Shown here one piece after another: positions 9,658-19,477 of a stretch of DNA of 64,000 nt. Below the pieces are notes generated by a model. It had not been told where the DNA came from, searched no databases, and saw only the letters and a program-made list of their open reading frames with translations. The stretch is from a virus: the IMG/VR virus record IMGVR_UViG_2930950021_000002; one strand, given 5' to 3'. The translations under genes and the position numbers were made by a program. Position 1 is the first letter of the stretch. Every line of letters begins with the position of its first letter.

Positions 9658-11646
9658 CTACTTAATCGCTGGTTTATATTCCAAAGTTATATCTGAGTTG
9701 GCTGGGTCCGGAGTAAAGTGCATCTCTTGGCTGACATCTCCTTCAATTGACGGGAAGGTAGATAGCCACGAAACATACTTATCAACGTTTCGACCGGCAA
9801 CCGTGACTGAATTATCAGCAGAATCTATGATAATTTCTTCGCCTGCATGAGCGATTACATGGGGAATATCATCGGGGTCATCACTCCCGTCAGAGGTGTA
9901 TATCTTGAGGTCAGTCAAAGTCTCAAAGTCAGAATAATATCCAACCTTGGGACTGACTAAATCTTCTTTAATATCATGCTTCATGAATGTTGCGGCTACG
10001 TTAGCCAAGGCAAAACCAAACTTGCCAGACTTATCTAACTTTTCAGTATGAATGTGGACTTTACCCTCAGTATTTTTTGAGAAAACAACCCCAGTCTTAG
10101 GATTGAACTCGTTAATCTCAGCTACCCAGTTGTCATAAACATTGCCACCAATGGTCTTCTTTTGACGTTCTAATGAGAACTCGCCGAAAAAGTTAGAATA
10201 AGCGTCTTTGTTCATGTACGTGGTTTCCATGACATACGTATGAATGGTTTTGGACTTAGTCTTAACCCTTGGCTTAGACACCCTGGTAGATTTACGCTTA
10301 CCACCGGACTTCTTCTTGGTAACCTTCTTAGTTGCCTTCTTTTTCCTTCTCTTAGTCGTCTTCCTAGCGGCGGACTTAAAGGCTTCCCGTTGAATGGTAG
10401 CTTGATACAGTCTGGCTGATTTAGCTTTGGACTTAGCTTTGGAGGTAGTCTTACCTTTAACGGTCTTAGTTAAATGAACCCTTACATCATGATGATTTTT
10501 CCCATTATCCTTACGGCCACCCTCGTTGTACAAAAGGGTGAGGTACTTGCCTTTATCTGTGGTGGCATTAAAGGAACTCCCCAATTGAATGTAACCACGA
10601 GGATAACGGCCTTCTGAATAGTCGGTAATCCCCATTCGTCCACAAACATTGTTATTAGAATCCAGCAGATAACCTTCAACTTTTCCCATGGCTCGTTCAT
10701 TTTCCATCCGTTTGATATGGTGGAATCGCATGGATACCTTCCAATAATTGCTAATCTTGGGGATACCTTGGTGGATAATAACGGGACCGTAAAAGTCCTT
10801 GTGCTTGCCGACTGTACCCCAGTTGTAACTTCCTTTACTATCCTTGGCTACCATTAATGCTGAGTCTGTAGCCGTTGCTTTACCATCATTTTCTCCACGA
10901 TATACCTTAATTGCTTGGGTATCGGTACCAGCTTGAAACCATGTGCTCATTGAGTTGCAAGGGTCGTGTACTTGTAATTCTTGGTGAGGCGTTAAGCTAG
11001 TGACATTGCCATTAGCATCCGTAACCGTTGAACCATCGTCAACATGGTACCCAACCGCTACATATTGGTCTCCCAAGGTGTAACCGAAGTAGTACAGGTC
11101 AGTTTTTGGAATGATATGGATAACTGGTTGAACTGCCGTATTACCAGCCGGAGAAATAACCTGCTCATTACTGGTAATCTTAATGTCCCGTTGAGGTAGA
11201 AACCCCCGTGGGTCAGCCAGCATAAAGGTAAGCGTAGTGGTACAATCCTGTACCCCCTCATTAATGAAAGTTGGGGTAGGAATGGCTGTAAAGTGACCAT
11301 AATAGACCACATCTGGTTGGTCATTGAACCGTAACGGGTACTGAGTATCAGCATCATCATTCGTGTTAATGAGGGCCTTGGATAGGTTGTTCAGTATCCG
11401 GTTGTAATCGTCCCTATCAGTGGGGTACATGGTAATCGGAATGTCTATTTGCTTTTCCCCGTATGAATTACCTAAAAAAACGCCCCCATATCTACCGGGA
11501 ACGTCTTGGAAGGATTCGGTTATCGTTGGGGCAATCGGCTTTGATACATGGTTAACCAGAACTTCCAAATCTTTATCAGAATTGAAACCACCGGTACCAT
11601 TCTCATCAAAGGCATAATCAAAGGTATTAACATCATTGAATGCCAT
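9658..11646 (-). CDS. Distal tail protein (Dit), enlarged, with a Lys/Arg-rich insertion
   Basis: Follows TMP; QDVPGRYGG and PLRFNDQPDVVYYG Dit-like N-terminus. Confidence 0.85.
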   Translation of the reverse strand: MAFNDVNTFDYAFDENGTGGFNSDKDLEVLVNHVSKPIAPTITESFQDVPGRYGGVFLGNSYGEKQIDIPITMYPTDRDDYNRILNNLSKALINTNDDADTQYPLRFNDQPDVVYYGHFTAIPTPTFINEGVQDCTTTLTFMLADPRGFLPQRDIKITSNEQVISPAGNTAVQPVIHIIPKTDLYYFGYTLGDQYVAVGYHVDDGSTVTDANGNVTSLTPHQELQVHDPCNSMSTWFQAGTDTQAIKVYRGENDGKATATDSALMVAKDSKGSYNWGTVGKHKDFYGPVIIHQGIPKISNYWKVSMRFHHIKRMENERAMGKVEGYLLDSNNNVCGRMGITDYSEGRYPRGYIQLGSSFNATTDKGKYLTLLYNEGGRKDNGKNHHDVRVHLTKTVKGKTTSKAKSKAKSARLYQATIQREAFKSAARKTTKRRKKKATKKVTKKKSGGKRKSTRVSKPRVKTKSKTIHTYVMETTYMNKDAYSNFFGEFSLERQKKTIGGNVYDNWVAEINEFNPKTGVVFSKNTEGKVHIHTEKLDKSGKFGFALANVAATFMKHDIKEDLVSPKVGYYSDFETLTDLKIYTSDGSDDPDDIPHVIAHAGEEIIIDSADNSVTVAGRNVDKYVSWLSTFPSIEGDVSQEMHFTPDPANSDITLEYKPAIK

Positions 11647-14600
11647 TAGTGTAACCCCTTCCTAAATTTTTACTTAACTTTGTTTTTGTATTAATGCGAT
11701 TGTACCCATTGTAAATAGCATTATCGGATACCACAGCAGGTACTGGATTCTGTTGACCGGATATTAATTCAGCCATCAATCCGATAATCTCTTTCCCTTG
11801 CTTAATCAATTCTGATAAATCAGTTGATTGAGTGGATTTAGTAGTGGATTGTCGTGGCTTATCCGTCTTAGCAAACTCTTTCATGGTTGAATCCATAATC
11901 TGGTATGCTCGGGCACGTTTAGTAATATCCCAAGGTACAATTGACTCCGTCTTATTGCCCTCAGAAATATGTGCTAACTTTTCAAAGTGGCTAATTCCAC
12001 CATTAGCATATCTACGGTGACCACTAGGTGCCCAACCACCGGTACGAACATCACTCCGCCAGCTACTATCATTAAACATTGCTAACAATTGGTCGTAAGC
12101 TGAGAGAATATTATTGTGACCCTTAACAGCGTAAGAACTGAAAGTGCTTGGAACAAATTGAAGTAATCCTTTGGCTGGGTGTCCACTAGCTGAATTAATA
12201 TCATGTACCTTTTGAAGAACTTTGGCATCACCACCGGATTCATGCATGATGACACTTTTAATTGTAGCTAATTCTCCAGCACTGAGGTTAACGTGCATAG
12301 CTTTAGCGGCCTTCTCAATCATGGAAGCACCACCATAACTAGCACCACCTGAACCTCCAATAGAACTAAACATGTTGGCTAGTTTATCCATAAACTTGAA
12401 GAAACCTGAACCAACTTGGGACCTAATTCCCTTGATGTTGCCAGATTGCTTACTAGACTTAGGAGAACCATCAGATTTACCGTGCATTTTAGTTACGTCA
12501 TACCAGCCTCTGGTTGATGAACCACCATGGTCCCATAGAGAACCATGAGATACCCCAATATGGACGTGTGAGCCACTACCAGCACCGTTTAAACGGCCAA
12601 GGGTAGCAATTCGTTGCCCAGTCTTGATGACATCTCCTGTACTGGTTTTGATGTTGTTCATTCCACCAAATTCTTGGTAGATTTCTTGCCATCCATCATT
12701 GGAGGCAACCGTAATAACATCACCCAATTGACTGTAAGGCCAGTTGTACAATGGTCGTCCAACGTGAGTAACAGTACCACCATGGACCGCTCTAATAGCT
12801 GAACCAAGAGGTCCTGAGAAGTCAACACCATCATGGCTACCAAAACTCCGAGAAGCGCCAAAGCCATTGGTCTCAGATAATCCCGGATTGTGCCGCCAGT
12901 TACCACCAGCAGAACCCCCATCTAAGTCAACCATGGACCATAGCGAACTCCACCAGTTGCCAGCCTGTTTCTTAACATTGTTGAACATACCTTTGGTGAT
13001 ATCAGCAACAACGCCAGCACCGGCCTTAGTGTAATTGAACATTGAATCAAGAGTCTTAATTGGGTGAGCAATAATCTTTTCAGCAGTCGTGAAGAACTTC
13101 TTAAGTCCGGTTGCTTTCTTAACAAGCCATCCAGATACATCTCCGATACCTGAGCCGATACCACTCATGAGACTTCCGAACCAGTTAGAACTACCTTTGG
13201 CAAAGTGGGTAATCCCTTGCATACCCATGAATAGCTTGGTCTCAGAGGCGTTCAGAACCTCTGTACCAGCTGGTAACATGGCTTGGGTATTTCTACCCTG
13301 TACAATGCCAGACTGGCCATTAGGCAAGAATACAGCCTCTTTATTACCCGTCTCAGGGGAATCATTGCCATCGTTTAGTACCGCCATGGTAGGCTTAGTG
13401 ATAGCTTTACGGTTACCAGAGAATGCCCCAGTACCAGTGGCTAAATGAACCTTAGAAATGGTTCCAATGGCTTTCTTTTTACCACCAAAGGCATGGATAA
13501 CCGAATCAATGCCACCGATACCTGTGTCTAAAATACTGATAACATCATTGATACCATCTTGAGCAATGGACTTAATGTTCTTCCAGATTCCCTTGAAGGT
13601 ATTACTAATGCTGTTCCAGATACCATTCCAGACCTTCTTAATGCTACCCAAAACGTTGGTAATGGTGTTTAACAGCTTGTTAATCCACTTAGATACAGTC
13701 TTGTAAGCAGAGATAACCGGATTAACCGTGTACTTCTTAATGAGCAACCAAGCATCATGAGTTAAGTCCTTGATGGTATCCCAGGTCCTGGTAATACCTC
13801 GCACAAAGTTTTTGATAATGTATTTCTGAATGATTTTCCAGATATACTCAACTGGCTTGACGATACACTTTTGAATTAAAAGCCAAGAACTGTGAGTTAA
13901 GGATTTGATAGTTTTCCAAGCATTAGAAATAGCTTTTACAGTTGCTTTAACAATGTACTTTGCAACCGCTTTGTACACCTTGGTTACTGGGCTAATTACA
14001 TACTTGTAAACCAAGTTCCAAGCTTTCTTGGTACTTGAGGTAATTCCTTTCCAGATACTGGATACTGCTTTGGATACGGCTTTGAAACCTTTAGATACAC
14101 CAGATTTAATAGCACTAACAACTGACATAACCGGTTTCTTAATTTTCTGCCAAGTCTTGATGGCAATTCCTACTTCTAATGCAAGCGGAGCTATCAGAAT
14201 TATCCCAAGTATCTTACCAAAGCCCTTAAAGATAGCTTTAACACCATTGATAAATGACTTGAATACATTGGAAACTGGCTTGAATGCCCTCTTAGCTGAA
14301 CTGGTCATCTTGCCAATCGCATGACTAATCGCTTGTTCCCAACCAAGTTTACCGGTAAAGAACTCACCAATTCCCTTCATGACATTTTTAACTGTCTTGC
14401 CAAAAGAAGATAAAGCTTTCTCAGCCGACTTAAAAGTTCCCTTGGCCCATTTGCCAATTGCAGAGGCAACACCATTAACGGCTTCTCGGAATGGCTTGAT
14501 GTGTTTGTACGCTTCATATAAAGCCACTCCCAGTGCTACGATTGCTGCCACTGCAAGCACAATTGGATTGGTCAGGAATGCACTGTTCAACGCTTTCTGG

Positions 14601-16627
14601 ACTATGGTAAAGTTCTTAATAACATCAATTGCCTCAGTGGTTGCGGCAATGAATCGAGCAATCTTCGAAACAGCTAAAACACTACCAAAGGCAACGGCAA
14701 AGGCAGCGATCGTTTTGGTGTGTTTGGAAGCAAACTCGATAATCTTAAGGAATCCACTAGCAAGTTTAGCTACGCCACCAATTAACCAAGTAAGACCTTT
14801 CTGAGTATCCTTGTTGTTGAAGGCCTTAGTCATATCTTGGGCTGATCGGGTAATGACAGGCAATAGCTTAGAACCCATCATAATTTGAAGCTGTTGACCA
14901 GCCATTTTGAATCGCTCTACGTTCATCTTGGCGTTATTCGAGTTCTTATTGGCCAATTTTTGGACGTACTCACCTTTTTTACCCGCATTGGTAACATCAT
15001 CGGTTAACTTTTTCAGTGACCCATCGTACTTAGCAAGTACCTGAGCCGCCTGCATACCGGTTTGGCCGAAAATTCGCTTAAAAACACTTGCTTTATCAGC
15101 ACCACCAAGCTTCTTGGTATGGTCTTCGATAATTTTGAAGATTGCTGGCAGAGACTTGAAGTTACCTTTGGCGTCTTGGAAAATTTTGGTAGACTTAATG
15201 CCAATCTCTTTTAAGGCACCCATGGCCGTGTTCGTTGGTGAAGCCAGGCTAGTAATCGTCTTACGTAGACCAGTACCAGCTTTATCTGCTTCCATACCAT
15301 GGTTAGACAACTCGCCTAAGGCGGCGGAAGTTTGTTCAATTGTGAAGCCAGCGTTATTAGCAGAATCACCGACATATTCCATACCTTTGCCTAAGCTATG
15401 AAAGTCAGTAGCGGTAACATCTGAAGCATACGCCAAGTCGTTAACAACCCGCTTCGTGTTCTTCATCATCTTAGCCGTGTTGTTAGTCTTCATACCAAAG
15501 GCTTCAATTGCCTGTGAAGAAACCTTAATGACATCTTTGAAATCGTCTCCAGAGGCCACAGAAGCCTGTAATTCTGACTTCATAACAGCAATAGCCTCAG
15601 CACCAGTATGTCCACGTTTTATCAGGTCTTGATATTGCTCTGCGATTTCTTGCTGTGCTACCCCATACTTGACGGAGTATTTAGCACCATCTCGTTGCAT
15701 CTTGGATACTTGGGAAATAGCCTGGCGTGCTTTCTCACCAGAAGTAACTAACAAATTTTGATTGACCTGGTACACCTTGTTTAAATTTGTGGCCTTTTTG
15801 GCACCAGCAATCGTCGCAACACCCAAACTAGTCAAACCAGCTGCGGCCGTAATTGCGGCGCCTTTAAATGCTTGACCAATATTCGCAATCCTGTGTCTAG
15901 CTTTGGCCGCCCCATCTGACATCTTAGCCATACTACTACTCATGGTGCCATACTTACCGGCTAATTGGCCGATCTCAGTTTTCTGTTTAGCCATTGAGGC
16001 AGTTGTTTGATTAACCCGAACAAGTTGCTTATTGTAGGCTTCGCTGGCCCCACCAGAACTAGTCTTAAGCTTGGCTAACTCAGTTTGCTGTATTTTCAAC
16101 TGATCCGAAAGGTTACGGTAGGACTCCCGCAATCCATTAAGCTTAGCCCTACCAGCTTGAGCTTTATTCCCTTGATTCTCTAAAGCTTCTACATAAGACT
16201 TGGAGACTGACGTGATTGACTTGTACCGTTCTTGCAAGTCAGCCAAGCCAGATTGATAATAGTCTACTGATTTTTTGGCACGGCCTTGTTGGGCAGTTAA
16301 GGACGCCATCTTATTCTCAGCATTAGCTAAATCCTTAGAAAGCCGAGCATAGTTATCACTGCCTTTGGTCGTTGAAGTATCAAGGCTTGCTTGACGCTCT
16401 TTCAACTTATCAATTTTGGCTTGCAAAGCTTGCATGGTCTTGCCAAGACCTTCATATTTAGCTTGTGCTGCGCCCAGACTGTCCTTTGCAGACTTTAAGC
16501 TAATCTCATTAGCCTTCCATTCATTAGTGGTTGCTTTAATGGCATTGTTCAAAGTTTTTAAGCTTGAAGCGGCAGAGACAGTATCTAGCTTAACTTCGGT
16601 TGCCATTGTGTTACTTACGGTCGCCAT
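11633..16627 (-). CDS. Tape measure protein with M23 peptidase and SLT lytic transglycosylase domains
   Basis: 1664 aa; W/F-periodic helical repeats; HDGVDF...HVHIG (M23); MHESGG...GLLQF (SLT). Confidence 0.95.
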   Translation of the reverse strand: MATVSNTMATEVKLDTVSAASSLKTLNNAIKATTNEWKANEISLKSAKDSLGAAQAKYEGLGKTMQALQAKIDKLKERQASLDTSTTKGSDNYARLSKDLANAENKMASLTAQQGRAKKSVDYYQSGLADLQERYKSITSVSKSYVEALENQGNKAQAGRAKLNGLRESYRNLSDQLKIQQTELAKLKTSSGGASEAYNKQLVRVNQTTASMAKQKTEIGQLAGKYGTMSSSMAKMSDGAAKARHRIANIGQAFKGAAITAAAGLTSLGVATIAGAKKATNLNKVYQVNQNLLVTSGEKARQAISQVSKMQRDGAKYSVKYGVAQQEIAEQYQDLIKRGHTGAEAIAVMKSELQASVASGDDFKDVIKVSSQAIEAFGMKTNNTAKMMKNTKRVVNDLAYASDVTATDFHSLGKGMEYVGDSANNAGFTIEQTSAALGELSNHGMEADKAGTGLRKTITSLASPTNTAMGALKEIGIKSTKIFQDAKGNFKSLPAIFKIIEDHTKKLGGADKASVFKRIFGQTGMQAAQVLAKYDGSLKKLTDDVTNAGKKGEYVQKLANKNSNNAKMNVERFKMAGQQLQIMMGSKLLPVITRSAQDMTKAFNNKDTQKGLTWLIGGVAKLASGFLKIIEFASKHTKTIAAFAVAFGSVLAVSKIARFIAATTEAIDVIKNFTIVQKALNSAFLTNPIVLAVAAIVALGVALYEAYKHIKPFREAVNGVASAIGKWAKGTFKSAEKALSSFGKTVKNVMKGIGEFFTGKLGWEQAISHAIGKMTSSAKRAFKPVSNVFKSFINGVKAIFKGFGKILGIILIAPLALEVGIAIKTWQKIKKPVMSVVSAIKSGVSKGFKAVSKAVSSIWKGITSSTKKAWNLVYKYVISPVTKVYKAVAKYIVKATVKAISNAWKTIKSLTHSSWLLIQKCIVKPVEYIWKIIQKYIIKNFVRGITRTWDTIKDLTHDAWLLIKKYTVNPVISAYKTVSKWINKLLNTITNVLGSIKKVWNGIWNSISNTFKGIWKNIKSIAQDGINDVISILDTGIGGIDSVIHAFGGKKKAIGTISKVHLATGTGAFSGNRKAITKPTMAVLNDGNDSPETGNKEAVFLPNGQSGIVQGRNTQAMLPAGTEVLNASETKLFMGMQGITHFAKGSSNWFGSLMSGIGSGIGDVSGWLVKKATGLKKFFTTAEKIIAHPIKTLDSMFNYTKAGAGVVADITKGMFNNVKKQAGNWWSSLWSMVDLDGGSAGGNWRHNPGLSETNGFGASRSFGSHDGVDFSGPLGSAIRAVHGGTVTHVGRPLYNWPYSQLGDVITVASNDGWQEIYQEFGGMNNIKTSTGDVIKTGQRIATLGRLNGAGSGSHVHIGVSHGSLWDHGGSSTRGWYDVTKMHGKSDGSPKSSKQSGNIKGIRSQVGSGFFKFMDKLANMFSSIGGSGGASYGGASMIEKAAKAMHVNLSAGELATIKSVIMHESGGDAKVLQKVHDINSASGHPAKGLLQFVPSTFSSYAVKGHNNILSAYDQLLAMFNDSSWRSDVRTGGWAPSGHRRYANGGISHFEKLAHISEGNKTESIVPWDITKRARAYQIMDSTMKEFAKTDKPRQSTTKSTQSTDLSELIKQGKEIIGLMAELISGQQNPVPAVVSDNAIYNGYNRINTKTKLSKNLGRGYTNGIQ

Positions 16628-16642
16628 TAGTGGACCTCCTTT

Positions 16643-16855
16643 CTACTTACCTCTCAACCGATTAACCATTGCCATAGGGTCTTCAGCACGTTTATCTTTA
16701 GGCTTTGCTTGGTTAATTCTGATCAGTTCGTAATAGTCTTCTCCGTCCAATTGAGAAGGAAGTACCCCAGAATTAGCCATCATCTGTTGCTTAAAGTAGG
16801 CTTGGTCTTCTTGGGCATCTTCTAAGTCATGAATTAGAACGTTGAGACGGCCCAT
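16643..16855 (-). CDS. Tail assembly chaperone C-terminal extension (gpT-like, -1 frame)
   Basis: Lies in the -1 frame of the upstream chaperone, after slippery CCCAAAA. Confidence 0.75.
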   Translation of the reverse strand: MGRLNVLIHDLEDAQEDQAYFKQQMMANSGVLPSQLDGEDYYELIRINQAKPKDKRAEDPMAMVNRLRGK

Positions 16856-17223
16856 TACTTTTTTGGGTCTTCTTCCTCATTTTCCTTGAGTGTTTGTTGC
16901 CATTGTTCATCAGTTAATCCTTGAATCCGTGCCAATACATAACTGATAAAATCTGACAATTCTTCCATAGTGACGGCATTCATTACCGTATCTAATTCCT
17001 TTTCGGACAACTTTAAAACGGCTTGAAGGAAGCTAGTCATGGCGGTAACCGCTTGTTGTGATTGTTCCATAACAGTTAATGGGTCAGCTTCTGAATCCAA
17101 TTGCATCTTGTCCATCTTCAACATCAGAATTTGAAGATTAGTAGCTTCATTGACGACCTTTACCGTGGTTTTTACTTCTGCTGATTTTTTCTTTAATCCA
17201 AGTTTGCTGATATTAATTTTCAT
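16855..17223 (-). CDS. Tail assembly chaperone (gpG-like)
   Basis: Between MTP and TMP; ends GAC CCA AAA AAG TAA. Confidence 0.85.
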   Translation of the reverse strand: MKINISKLGLKKKSAEVKTTVKVVNEATNLQILMLKMDKMQLDSEADPLTVMEQSQQAVTAMTSFLQAVLKLSEKELDTVMNAVTMEELSDFISYVLARIQGLTDEQWQQTLKENEEEDPKK

Positions 17224-17308
17224 TTTATTGCTCCTAACATTTTTTATTGCTGACCATTGTCAGCTATGTAAAAAGCCACCCCCTGAGGAGTGACTTAGAA
17301 TGGTTCTA

Positions 17309-17956
17309 TTATTTTCCTGTAGTTGGTGCTGGCGTTGCTGAAGTACCCGTTGGGGCACCACTCGCTGTGTATCCACCGAATACTTCACTCATCATGGCCG
17401 CTTTGTCGAATCCTTCATCAGCACTAGTCCAGATCTTGTAAGGTTGACCCCCAAAGGTATCAGCCTTCAACGGGTCCAATCCTTGGTAAGTCAAGGTGGT
17501 ATTGGCATCAGTTTCGGCGTTGTTATCCGTACCGTGGTTCATACCTGCTTCGATCAATTGACCATTGGCAAACCCTTCATAGATATCGACACCGCCATAT
17601 GAACGGCTGTGGACTAGCATTGCAACGTGAGGCTTAGGTAGTTGACGTGTCCAGCCACCTTTACCATCATTAACGAATCCCTTTAACTTCTGCAAAATAT
17701 CAAAGTTGATATCCAAGAATTCGAGGGCAACTTGTGGTTCCATTGAACCATTAGATACCCGCTTTGGGCCGTCATTGGCATAACCAACTGTACCAGCAGC
17801 TTCCAATCCGGTTACATTAGCTTGAGTAGCACCTTCTGCGTCCCCATCTACCAAGTAAATACCAGTGGTAGAAATTCCCTTTGTAGCATCTGCAATAATG
17901 GCACCTGTTGAATCAACTAATCCAAAGGTGACGTCTTTAACACCATGTGTTGACAT
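17309..17956 (-). CDS. Major tail protein
   Basis: Position and length typical of siphophage MTP. Confidence 0.88.
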   Translation of the reverse strand: MSTHGVKDVTFGLVDSTGAIIADATKGISTTGIYLVDGDAEGATQANVTGLEAAGTVGYANDGPKRVSNGSMEPQVALEFLDINFDILQKLKGFVNDGKGGWTRQLPKPHVAMLVHSRSYGGVDIYEGFANGQLIEAGMNHGTDNNAETDANTTLTYQGLDPLKADTFGGQPYKIWTSADEGFDKAAMMSEVFGGYTASGAPTGTSATPAPTTGK

Positions 17957-17959
17957 TGA

Positions 17960-18355
17960 TTAATTACCTCTTTTTAGTTTTATTTTTTTAAATACGGAAA
18001 ACGTAGCTGTGACTTGTTCAGTATCTGGATCAACTACGTTGGGGTAGCGAGTAGCGATAATCCACCCATTATCATCAAGCAAGTTCATCAGTTCCAACTG
18101 TGCATCTAATACATTGATCGCAATTGTTTTAGAAAAGAAAATCTGCACTTGAATTGACGCGCTAACCTCAGAAAAGGTGTCGTTTTTATATCCAGAAAGT
18201 GGCTCAGAAACACTAGTAATTAGCACTAGCGTCTTTGAACCACTTTTATCAACAGTATTCGTTATGTTTTCTGGATATAAACCATCTATCCAGGAGGATT
18301 TATTTGCTTTGATAATCTCGTAAACTTGAGTCACCGGAAGTTTAATGAGGATCAC
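17960..18355 (-). CDS. Tail completion/terminator protein (DUF806-like)
   Basis: Position; IQVQIFF motif. Confidence 0.75.
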   Translation of the reverse strand: MILIKLPVTQVYEIIKANKSSWIDGLYPENITNTVDKSGSKTLVLITSVSEPLSGYKNDTFSEVSASIQVQIFFSKTIAINVLDAQLELMNLLDDNGWIIATRYPNVVDPDTEQVTATFSVFKKIKLKRGN

Positions 18356-18761
18356 CGCCAGTCAATTCCTTGTACTTGGCATATTCAGCAGCTAAAACCT
18401 TATCTTTGCTTGACTGAATGGCCGTATCAATGAAATGGTCGCCTTTAATATGCACCGTTCCATTATTGAGAAACAATGCGATTCTGGCGTGATTAATCGG
18501 GTCCTTCTCAAATCCTACCGTTGAATTTCCCGTCGTATATCCATCTACATCATGGTCGTCAGCAACCACTGTGTCCGCTAAATGTTTAACATGGCTTGTG
18601 TCCCGGCCATAACGATAATGTTTAGACTTGGTAGCCTGAAAATAACTATCCCGTAGTTGATCGGCACCAGCCTTAGTAATCACTTGTTGCTGTACTTTAT
18701 TTGGCACATTCTTTTTAACTTGTAAAAAGTAATGCTGTAATTGCTCATCTAAACTAGCCAT
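18342..18761 (-). CDS. HK97 gp10-like neck protein
   Basis: FLNNGTVHIKGDHF motif; position. Confidence 0.8.
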   Translation of the reverse strand: MASLDEQLQHYFLQVKKNVPNKVQQQVITKAGADQLRDSYFQATKSKHYRYGRDTSHVKHLADTVVADDHDVDGYTTGNSTVGFEKDPINHARIALFLNNGTVHIKGDHFIDTAIQSSKDKVLAAEYAKYKELTGGDPH

Positions 18762-19110
18762 GCTTAGTCACCACCCGATGGCACGTGATTAAATCAAAGC
18801 CCTCATTTTGTAAGCCGTCATCCGCCGAAATACTGTCAATCTTGTACAGATCAGATCCGCGCTGAACTTGCAGCGTCTCGTTAACGGCCGGATTATGGCG
18901 AATAAAAAAGACCACTGCATTAGTGATTCCAGCTCCGGCTATGGTTAATTGCTGTTGCACATTCAACGACCACTGGCCCGCCCAACAGCTGAAATCTGCT
19001 GAAAATTGTTGAATTGGCGTGCCAGTATTCGGATTAACCTCGCCAGTATCAGCATCATGGCCAAAGGCGATGCGGAACGTCATTCGTGAAGGATTAATTG
19101 CTTTGGTCAT
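18754..19110 (-). CDS. Head closure / head-tail adaptor protein
   Basis: Position; FFIRH...YKIDSI. Confidence 0.8.
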   Translation of the reverse strand: MTKAINPSRMTFRIAFGHDADTGEVNPNTGTPIQQFSADFSCWAGQWSLNVQQQLTIAGAGITNAVVFFIRHNPAVNETLQVQRGSDLYKIDSISADDGLQNEGFDLITCHRVVTKHG

Positions 19111-19420
19111 CAGTGATCGCCTCCATTTTCAGTTCATAGAGCCCTCTCAGTTGCCCAATGATCGAATCAACCGGTAGATTAACACTAATTGCCGTGGTCG
19201 GAACTAACGAGCTCCGATAGTTATAGTAGGCTGAGGCCAATGCCATCACGGCGGTGTTAAATAAATCAACCACACTGGTATCTTCATAGAAACTATCTAA
19301 TTCTGTGCCAACTGCTTGTGTGATATAGCTTTTTGCAGTATTTAAATATCCGGTCAGAAGTTGATCATCGGCATCACCATCTAGGCGTAGCGATAGTTTG
19401 AGGTCATCTAGTGTTGGCAT
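19094..19420 (-). CDS. Head-tail connector (gp6-like)
   Basis: LKLSLRLD...DDQLL...LASAYYNYR. Confidence 0.85.
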   Translation of the reverse strand: MPTLDDLKLSLRLDGDADDQLLTGYLNTAKSYITQAVGTELDSFYEDTSVVDLFNTAVMALASAYYNYRSSLVPTTAISVNLPVDSIIGQLRGLYELKMEAITDDQSN

Positions 19421-19477
19421 TTAGCCACCTCCTAAGATGTCTTAGTCGGAGTTGTCTCCGTTGAGTTGACCTCCGGT

